Source: an uncultured Candidatus Saccharimonas sp.
Lineage (GTDB): Bacteria; Patescibacteriota; Saccharimonadia; Saccharimonadales; Saccharimonadaceae
NCBI GenBank assembly: GCA_963528875.1
Contig: CAURWT010000001.1
Coordinates: 180,001-212,000 of the forward strand
DNA length: 32,000 nt
Direction: 5' to 3'
Made by a program: the position numbers and the translations under genes. A model generated the notes under the pieces. It was not told the DNA's origin. It was given only the letters and a program-made list of their open reading frames with translations, and searched no databases. Within the stretch, counting starts at the first letter, position 1. Every line of letters starts with the position of its first letter. Positions 25,793-32,000 of this stretch are shown piece after piece.

Positions 25793-25869
25793 GCACCTGT
25801 AGCTCAGCTGGATAGAGCGTTGGCTTGCGGAGCCAAAGGTCGTAAGTTCGAATCTTGCCAGGTGTACCA
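25793..25869 (+). tRNA. tRNA-Arg (anticodon GCG), CCA encoded
   Basis: Folded by hand, 77 nt. Acceptor GCACCTG/CAGGTGT, D-arm GCTC..GAGC, anticodon stem TTGGC/GCCAA with loop TTGCGGA (U33, G34 C35 G36, G37), T-arm GTAAG-TTCGAAT-CTTGC. Confidence 0.88.
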
Positions 25870-25877
25870 TAGAAAAA

Positions 25878-25902
25878 GCATCAGAGTAATCTGGTGTTTT
25901 TT
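25878..25902 (+). terminator. Rho-independent terminator after tRNA-Arg
   Basis: catcaga (25879-25885) / tctggtg (25890-25896), with one G-U pair, followed by TTTTTT. Confidence 0.55.
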
Positions 25903-25911
25903 CTATTTTGG

Positions 25912-25920
25912 TGATATAAT
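25912..25920 (+). promoter_or_regulatory. Extended -10 promoter TGaTATAAT placing the start on the ATG of the deacetylase gene
   Basis: The -10 TATAAT at 25915-25920 is followed 7 nt later by the A of the ATG at 25927. No Shine-Dalgarno. Confidence 0.5.
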
Positions 25921-25926
25921 CGTTTT

Positions 25927-27384
25927 ATGATTAAAAAAATACCAAAAAGAATAAAAAATAGTAAGATTATATATATTTCAATTATCATTTTATTACTTTT
26001 ACTGAGTGGAATTATATTTCTTAATAAAATTAACCATAATGTAGAAGAAAAACACAATCAAGATATTACAAAGTATTATTTTAAAGATTCGAAATATAAT
26101 GGAATTAGCTCAAAATTTATTGAAAGAAAAAATTCAAAAGAAGATGCTATATTAGAAATCCCTGTTACGAAGAATAATAAAATCAATGAATTTATAAATA
26201 ATAAAATTCAAGAAATTGATGATACTTTTAAAGATGATGCGAAAAAATCAACTTTCGAAAATATTTCAACTGAAAGAATTAGCTATCAAGTTTATTATAA
26301 TAACGATGATGCTATTTCAATTTTAATTTCAATCAAACAAGATACTCATGGAGCGAATTTGAATGATCAAAATTTATTTTGGACTTTCAATGCTAAAAAT
26401 GGAGAAATTATAAAATTTAGTGACTTTTTAAACAATAAAGAGAAAGATAAATCTAATATTTTAGAAATTATTAAAAATAAAATTCAAGATTATTTAAAAA
26501 ATAGTAAAAAAGAATTCTCGAATGAAATTTTGAATGATTTAGATTTTGAAAGTTTCGAAAATATAATAATATTAGATAAACAAACGATTGATTTCCCTTT
26601 CTCTAAAGGTCAAATTATTCCTTCTAATTTTTCTTCGGTTCAATTTCAAATTAAAATTTCAGAAATTTCTAATTTCTTGCAAAATGATTTTTCAAGAAAA
26701 ATATTCGAAGTTCCTGATATACAAAATTCGAAACAAGTTCAAAAGACAGCGCCATTAACTTCTCAATCTCCTCTTCTTGATAAAGATTGTTCGAAATGTA
26801 TTGCTTTAACCTTTGATGATGGACCGGGCATATATACTGATAAACTGCTTTCTTATCTTCAAAGTTATAAAGCGAAGGCAACTTTCTTCATGATTGGCCC
26901 AAGTGCTCAGAGATATCCTTCTATTGTAAAGCGAGTTTTTGATAATGGACATCAAATTGGTAATCATACTTGGTCTCATTCTTCCTTGCCAAGCCTATCT
27001 CCTGCGCAAATTCAAAATGAAATAGCCTCAACCAATAATATTTTACAAGGAATTACGGGTGTAAAACCTACTACACTTAGACCTCCATATGGTGCAACTA
27101 ATGCGGCCGTGCAAAGAGTTGTTTCTAATCTTGAAATGAGTTCAGTTTTATGGTCTGTTGACACTCGCGACTGGGCGGATAGAAATTCGAATATTGTTTG
27201 CAATAGAGCAATCTCGAACGTACGACCCGGTGCAATAATTTTAATGCATGACATTCACCGAACATCAGTTGAAGCGGTTCCATGTATTCTGCAGAATTTA
27301 AGTTCTCAAGGTTATCAATTTGTAACTGTTGATAAGTTGCTTGGTAATCTTCAGCCTGGGCATATATATTATTCAGCAAAATAA
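25927..27384 (+). CDS. Membrane-anchored polysaccharide (peptidoglycan-type) deacetylase, NodB homology domain
   Basis: 485 aa. N-terminal TM and a K/N-rich unknown domain of about 270 aa. The C-terminal NodB domain shows the motifs LTFDDGP, HQIGNHTWSH, LRPPYG and ILMHD. Confidence 0.88.
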   Translation: MIKKIPKRIKNSKIIYISIIILLLLLSGIIFLNKINHNVEEKHNQDITKYYFKDSKYNGISSKFIERKNSKEDAILEIPVTKNNKINEFINNKIQEIDDTFKDDAKKSTFENISTERISYQVYYNNDDAISILISIKQDTHGANLNDQNLFWTFNAKNGEIIKFSDFLNNKEKDKSNILEIIKNKIQDYLKNSKKEFSNEILNDLDFESFENIIILDKQTIDFPFSKGQIIPSNFSSVQFQIKISEISNFLQNDFSRKIFEVPDIQNSKQVQKTAPLTSQSPLLDKDCSKCIALTFDDGPGIYTDKLLSYLQSYKAKATFFMIGPSAQRYPSIVKRVFDNGHQIGNHTWSHSSLPSLSPAQIQNEIASTNNILQGITGVKPTTLRPPYGATNAAVQRVVSNLEMSSVLWSVDTRDWADRNSNIVCNRAISNVRPGAIILMHDIHRTSVEAVPCILQNLSSQGYQFVTVDKLLGNLQPGHIYYSAK

Positions 27385-27407
27385 ATCTTTATTTAATCTC
27401 TGATATA

Positions 27408-27416
27408 TGATAAAAT
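27408..27416 (+). promoter_or_regulatory. Extended -10 promoter TGaTAAAAT for tRNA-Ser(CGA)
   Basis: TG at 27408-27409, -10 TAAAAT at 27411-27416. The tRNA starts at 27426. Confidence 0.45.
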
Positions 27417-27425
27417 GTAAATATT

Positions 27426-27515
27426 GGAGAGGTGGCCGAGTGGTTGAAGGCGCACGACTCGAAATCGTGTATGCGGGCAACCGTATCGGGGGTTCGAATC
27501 CCCCCTTCTCCGCCA
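27426..27515 (+). tRNA. tRNA-Ser (anticodon CGA), CCA encoded
   Basis: Folded by hand, 90 nt. Acceptor and D-arm are identical to the Ser(UGA) gene. Anticodon stem CACGA/TCGTG with loop CTCGAAA, long variable arm, T-arm GGGGG-TTCGAAT-CCCCC. Confidence 0.93.
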
Positions 27516-27522
27516 CGAAAGT

Positions 27523-27545
27523 AGCTCGCGTTTGCGGGCTTTTTT
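27523..27545 (+). terminator. Rho-independent terminator after tRNA-Ser(CGA)
   Basis: agctcgc (27523-27529) / gcgggct (27534-27540), with one G-U pair, followed by TTTTT. Confidence 0.6.
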
Positions 27546-27553
27546 CGTATCTA

Positions 27554-27582
27554 TTGACTTTAGCTTTAGTGTCTGTTAAAAT
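27554..27582 (+). promoter_or_regulatory. Promoter TTGACT-17-TGtTAAAAT ahead of the 131-aa membrane protein gene
   Basis: -35 at 27554-27559, TG at 27574-27575, -10 at 27577-27582. Confidence 0.55.
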
Positions 27583-27634
27583 TGAAAGATATTTTTATAA
27601 ATAGTTCTTTTAGAAATGAGGTCAATGTCAATAT

Positions 27635-28030
27635 ATGAAAAAGATGTTTTTTCAATTTGTTTTTGTTTATGTGTTTTCGCTAATTGCTGCGATATTACTG
27701 TTAATTCTCAAATCAGAAAGTTCAGAATTTAGCTATTTTATAGCACGAATTTTACTTTTTGGATACAGCGTACTAACGAGTGCGTTGCTTTTTGTTCCAA
27801 GATTTATAATAGGGTTATTAGAGAAGATTTTTAAGAATAGTGTTGATGACCTTAATGAATCTCTGGAAGATTCAATATCTTGGCCATATATTGTTTTATT
27901 TGTTTTTATTCTAGATGTATTCTTCGGATTAACTTTATTGATCCCTATATATGTTATTATACAATCTAGTTATATTTTATATAGGTTTGCTAGGATATAT
28001 AAAACTTTAATTTCAGAAAATCCAGAATAA
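27635..28030 (+). CDS. Hypothetical small polytopic membrane protein
   Basis: 131 aa with 3-4 hydrophobic helices and no recognisable motif. Lies in the TTCGAA-free segment. Confidence 0.6.
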   Translation: MKKMFFQFVFVYVFSLIAAILLLILKSESSEFSYFIARILLFGYSVLTSALLFVPRFIIGLLEKIFKNSVDDLNESLEDSISWPYIVLFVFILDVFFGLTLLIPIYVIIQSSYILYRFARIYKTLISENPE

Positions 28031-28239
28031 TAACCTCTCTAAGTCAGCAAAAGCTGGTTTTTTTATTTTTTAAAAATAAAAAAACTGCTATTTTTCTGAT
28101 TCCGATAATGTATTTGAAATAAAAAAGAATGCTGACAAATAAACATTCTTTTTTATGTTCACTTTGATAAACATTATAAAATTTGTCTGTTTAGTTACCA
28201 AAAAGCTACCAATAGATTTGTAATTTTTAAAAAATAAAT

Positions 28240-28326
28240 TAGTAGTACTATATTTAAATACCTAGTTATCTAAAAGAATAAATTTACTAGATTAGTAAAT
28301 TAGAATTTGCCAGTAATGATATTACT
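28240..28326. repeat. Three short palindromes sharing TAGTA/TACTA-type half-sites in a 400-bp AT-rich non-coding gap
   Basis: tagta-g-tacta (28240-28250). aatttacta-gat-tagtaaatt (28281-28301, perfect 9-bp arms). agtaat-gat-attact (28312-28326). Confidence 0.4.
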
Positions 28327-28430
28327 ATAGTTTGTTTCTATATAATCATTTATGGTTATTGAAGGAAAATACATTAATAACTACTATGTGCTTTTTTATA
28401 TAGCCTAGATGATTTTTACAAACACCCAGA

Positions 28431-30293
28431 TTATATATTAGCTAGCTTTGATTTGTAAAATTCTAACTCATCGTTAATTCTCATAACATAAAAAATGACT
28501 ATTTGGAGCAACTCTAAGTATTTTTTTTGATGTTCCTCTTCACTTTTATAAGAAAATTTTCCATGAGAGAATTTATTTCGAATCTTCAACCCATTACCAT
28601 ATTTTTTATCATCCAAAATATAAGATAAATAATTACTTTCATATTCAGAAAAAAGATTATCTGAATATTCACAATACCCTTTCTTGCAAAGGTCTTCTGT
28701 AATATCTAGTATCAATTTATCTTTATAGTATAGGCAATACGTACCTGACTTCCATAATTTATTCAAAATGTTAATTTCTTGGAAATTTGTAAATTTTATT
28801 ACATCATTTGATAGTCTTAAAATGTTCTTTTCTATTAGGATTTTTATTTGTTCTACCTGATAATCAGCAAAATCAGAAATCTTTACTCCTTCTTTTATAT
28901 GTTTGAAGAAGGTTTTAAGTTCTTTTTTTGATGAAATAAAGCTAAGTGGACTTTGGTCAGAAAAAAGCGCAGAGAACAATGCAGAATTATCAGGTGTGTT
29001 GTTCAATTTGATAAATTTTTTCTCATTGAACGATTTTAATGAAGCATAAGAGGAGGCTTTAGATTTAATCTCTAATAAATCTTGGTTGATTTCCCCATTT
29101 CTAACAAATAGTTCGTATTGGTCTAAGATACTATCCATTTCACAAATTATTGATTTCCCTCTTTCGTAATAAGAGGATTCTTTATTAGAAGCATGGAAAT
29201 GAAAACCTTTTATATCTAACTCCGTTTCAAGATAAATATTGAAATACCATTCTATTATCTCTTCGACATCAATTTTATTTTGTTTTAAGTAATTAAAATA
29301 TACCTTAAATAATAAATTGTGGTAAAATTTTAAGTGAGGACAATAAGAATCATAATGAGCATTTGATTTGTGAGAAAAGAAACGAGTGAAGCTGAATGTT
29401 TCTTCATTCGCAACTAGCCAATGCAATCCCGTTTCACGATTAAAGAAGCCAAGTAAATAAAAATTATTTAATAACGTCGGAAAATCATGATGTTCATCTA
29501 GTATAGTTTTATTTAAAAGAATACCATTCTCAATAGGCTCACATAATTTATCAGAATCTAAAGGCTTGATGCCAACTGATATAGAGTAATGCATCCCTTC
29601 ATTAGTTTCAAAATGTTTTTCCCAAAATTTATCACTTTTTCTTTTAGCTAAAAGCTTAACCTCATCATCAAACTCATATTTGCTTAATTTTTTATAATCA
29701 ACAATTGATTGTAAATAATTTGGGTTAATATTATCTTTCTGACAATATTCTCTTGCTAGATTATTTATCTCTTCATTTGTGATACCTAACTTAATGTATA
29801 AACCATTAGAATCTATGAATTTTCCTGATTGATGATTTAAGAAAAATTCTATATTTCTGGACCGAGAGAGAAAATTTTCTTTGATAACTTGCGGAAATAG
29901 GCTAATCAGTTTTGCAACATTTCTAAGATTTATTGTCTGGATATTATATTTTTTAATATATGATTCAAACTGACTAACATCATCTTTATTAATTTTTCCT
30001 AAGAATAATACTAACTCCCAGAATATGTCTTTATAAAAAATGTCAATGCTATCATAGTCTATTTCAAAAATGGTAATTGGGAAATTCTTGGATATATCGT
30101 TATGAAATTTTGAAATTAGATGTTTGAAGTTATAAAATTGATTTTCTTTTTTAATTAATTTCAGGATTAAATAGGTTTCTATTAAATTATTAATTTCAGC
30201 CGAAGGTCTATAAGCTTTAATGCAGTTTAGAGCTATATCATATTGGTATGGCTCTATTACATTGTTAGGAGTATGAAATCTTTTATGTTGCAT
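28431..30293 (-). CDS. Large uncharacterised protein with a C-terminal HEPN-like RNxxxH motif; candidate defence effector
   Basis: 620 aa, very AT-rich, K/N/F/Y-rich. No P-loop or nuclease motif that I recognise, except GLKIRNKFSHGKF (R572-H577, nt 28563-28580) followed by a predicted helix. Starts 77 nt downstream of the MmeI-like gene on the same strand. Confidence 0.75.
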   Translation of the reverse strand: MQHKRFHTPNNVIEPYQYDIALNCIKAYRPSAEINNLIETYLILKLIKKENQFYNFKHLISKFHNDISKNFPITIFEIDYDSIDIFYKDIFWELVLFLGKINKDDVSQFESYIKKYNIQTINLRNVAKLISLFPQVIKENFLSRSRNIEFFLNHQSGKFIDSNGLYIKLGITNEEINNLAREYCQKDNINPNYLQSIVDYKKLSKYEFDDEVKLLAKRKSDKFWEKHFETNEGMHYSISVGIKPLDSDKLCEPIENGILLNKTILDEHHDFPTLLNNFYLLGFFNRETGLHWLVANEETFSFTRFFSHKSNAHYDSYCPHLKFYHNLLFKVYFNYLKQNKIDVEEIIEWYFNIYLETELDIKGFHFHASNKESSYYERGKSIICEMDSILDQYELFVRNGEINQDLLEIKSKASSYASLKSFNEKKFIKLNNTPDNSALFSALFSDQSPLSFISSKKELKTFFKHIKEGVKISDFADYQVEQIKILIEKNILRLSNDVIKFTNFQEINILNKLWKSGTYCLYYKDKLILDITEDLCKKGYCEYSDNLFSEYESNYLSYILDDKKYGNGLKIRNKFSHGKFSYKSEEEHQKKYLELLQIVIFYVMRINDELEFYKSKLANI

Positions 30294-30370
30294 ATCTGTG
30301 ATATCCTTCTTAAATTTGTGCGTTTCTATGTGATGCTTAAAGTAATTGAGTTTATCTTGAAGACTTTTTA

Positions 30371-32000
30371 TTATTTGGTTTTTGTTATATCTTCATACAT
30401 CTCAAACAATCTTGCTACTGTTTCACTTTCGGTTAACCAAGTTTTCTTGCCATCAATATTTTTTTGCATACCATAAGCTTCCATAACCGCTTTATCGTTA
30501 GCTTGGTGGGCTTGACGAAGTTCAGCAGGCATGGTTAACTCATCATAGAGATCTGCCAAGGAGCTATCGGGATATAGCGCACGTGCATCAAGAATAGCTT
30601 GGGCAGTTTTAGAAATCTTCTCTTTTTGAGCTTCGGTCACTTCTGGCCAAGGGAAGTTGTTGTAAACTATCTTAGCTGAATAACGATAATCTGATTTAAG
30701 ACGACCAGCAACCGTACGCATCCAAGCCATATGGACATTAGAAGTTAAAATACTAAAGTCATAAAGAGTAGCATTTGGAATAATTTGTACAGCATCACTT
30801 GAAATTATTTGACCATCGATAAAACCAATCGGTATATATCTTCTGTTTTCTGAAGATACCCTTGGAATTAGTAAATAATCATTATCATTATGTCTTATCT
30901 CTTGGAATTCCATGGCTCTTTCAGCGCTATCTTGAGTTTGTTTTTTAGGACTATTTTGTCGAAACTCTTTTACTAATTGTATCCTATTTAGAATTGGCGG
31001 AATATTCCGTAAAGTACTAGGATTTTGTCCTACTAACCATAAGCAATATCTTTCTTTATTGTTTATAAATTCTGAAGCTCCATATACTTGCCGTATCATT
31101 AAGTCAGCTTGTGGATATTTCTTAATAAGTTCGTTCTTTTCTTGCAATGTTAAGAAAAGATATCCCCCATCAGTTGGTTTACTGCCATAAACCATTGGTA
31201 AGACTTTGCATATTGGCTTGCTTCTGCTATCAATGAAAATTAGGTCTCCATCGATTAAATATGGATTAATTTGTTGAACAATTATTTTTGTTTCGTTATC
31301 ATAAATAACTTTGTTTTTTGAATTATCCAATACAGAAAATCCAATTATTACACAGTGAACAGCTGCTTTATCTTTTGCTTCACTATTCCACTTAAATGTT
31401 CTGTATGCAAAGTCTATATGGATTCCAAATCGTTCGTAAAGTGGTTTCCAGACACTAGACACTTGCTCTCCCTGAGTTATTGAATTTGTTGATACTAGAG
31501 CAGTTCGTATAGAACTTCCTTGCATTAGGAGGCTCGCTTTAAAATACCATGCTGAAACAAAATCAATTTTGCCAGCTGTTTTATATGGTTTACTGTTCTC
31601 ATCAACATAGACACTCAATAAATCAGCTTTTTGCTTAGGTGATTGGAGTGAATACCCCAAAAATGGTGGATTACCAATAATATAGCTCAACTTATGTTTA
31701 GGAACCACTGTCTCCCAATCAATCTCTAAAGCATTCCCTTCAACAATATTTGTATAAGACTTAAGAGGTAGAAAATCAATGTTTGTATATACAATATCTT
31801 TAGTCTCTTCCAACATTTGGCTTTCTGCAATCCAAAGTGCGGTTTTAGCTACAGAAACGGCAAAGTTATTAATCTCAATGCCATAAAATTGATTCAGTTG
31901 GACTTTGATAAGTTCTTGTCCGACGTCAAGCGCAACAGTGTCTCCCACATAGAGCTTAATGGCTTCATTCTCTAAGCGTCGAAGAGAAACGTATGTTTCC
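30371..32000 (-). CDS. MmeI-family (Type IIG/IIL) N6-adenine DNA methyltransferase / RM fusion, N-terminus outside the window
   Basis: The frame stays open upstream of the track's GTG at 31948 all the way to the window edge (..ETYVSLRRLENEAIKLYVGDT..). YGIEIN, IIGNPPF (motif IV, nt 31661-31672), STNSITQGEQV, FAYRTFKW, and the C-terminal NNFPWP...LADLYDELTMPAELRQAHQANDKAVMEAYG are hallmarks of MmeI-like enzymes. Confidence 0.88.
   Translation of the reverse strand, partial: ETYVSLRRLENEAIKLYVGDTVALDVGQELIKVQLNQFYGIEINNFAVSVAKTALWIAESQMLEETKDIVYTNIDFLPLKSYTNIVEGNALEIDWETVVPKHKLSYIIGNPPFLGYSLQSPKQKADLLSVYVDENSKPYKTAGKIDFVSAWYFKASLLMQGSSIRTALVSTNSITQGEQVSSVWKPLYERFGIHIDFAYRTFKWNSEAKDKAAVHCVIIGFSVLDNSKNKVIYDNETKIIVQQINPYLIDGDLIFIDSRSKPICKVLPMVYGSKPTDGGYLFLTLQEKNELIKKYPQADLMIRQVYGASEFINNKERYCLWLVGQNPSTLRNIPPILNRIQLVKEFRQNSPKKQTQDSAERAMEFQEIRHNDNDYLLIPRVSSENRRYIPIGFIDGQIISSDAVQIIPNATLYDFSILTSNVHMAWMRTVAGRLKSDYRYSAKIVYNNFPWPEVTEAQKEKISKTAQAILDARALYPDSSLADLYDELTMPAELRQAHQANDKAVMEAYGMQKNIDGKKTWLTESETVARLFEMYEDITKTK

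Noticed and set aside
24847-27515. The two tRNA-Ser genes, with identical 5' halves and near-identical 3' ends, as boundaries of a mobile cassette
   Set aside because: The similarity is what isoacceptors of one family would show. The intervening genes carry normal TTCGAA density and housekeeping-type functions, and there are no recombinase genes.
1-32000. Alternative genetic code (UGA recoding, as in some CPR lineages)
   Set aside because: Long conserved genes (dnaA, dnaN, recF, virB4) are intact under the standard code. TGA is also used as a genuine stop, for example in the ATGA overlap at 1254-1257.
1-32000. CRISPR arrays, rRNA genes, IS elements or transposases
   Set aside because: I saw no regularly spaced direct repeats, no rRNA-like conserved blocks, and no transposase-like ORF or terminal inverted repeats on either strand.

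Overview
AT-rich bacterial chromosome segment (about one-third G+C by eye, standard genetic code) spanning the replication origin. The gene content suggests a monoderm, reduced-genome lineage, possibly CPR/Patescibacteria (Saccharibacteria-like); this is inference only. Layout, left to right: (1) ruvA-ruvC, translationally coupled to two paralogous secreted LTD-like surface proteins. (2) rpmH, then dnaA-dnaN-recF, with TTTTCCACA DnaA-box clusters on both sides of dnaA (bipartite oriC). (3) A 15-kb type IV secretion-like locus at 8.2-23.5 kb. Its minus-strand operon encodes a VirB6/TrbL-like protein, a PrgI(VirB3)-like protein with a Q/N-rich tail, a 258-aa unknown, VirB4, a 1055-aa membrane protein with an M23 domain, a lysozyme-SGNH-NlpC/P60 hydrolase and a PEGA protein. 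It diverges from a plus-strand array of six VirB2/TrbC-like pilin paralogs. No relaxase, coupling protein or integrase is visible. (4) hsp20, comFC, tRNA-Ser(UGA), a membrane protein, tRNA-Arg(GCG), a NodB-type deacetylase and tRNA-Ser(CGA). (5) A compositionally distinct segment after tRNA-Ser(CGA) at 27.5-32 kb, carrying an MmeI-family methyltransferase/RM gene (runs off the right edge) and a downstream 620-aa unknown protein with a C-terminal HEPN-like RNxxxH motif. Window-scale signals: the palindrome TTCGAA (mostly TTTCGAAA) occurs about 95 times in 1-27.6 kb, in all frames, on both strands and between genes, but only once in the last 4.4 kb. Promoters follow a TGnTAWAAT extended -10 pattern, often placed so that operon-first genes would be leaderless. 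All counts were made by eye and need computational confirmation.
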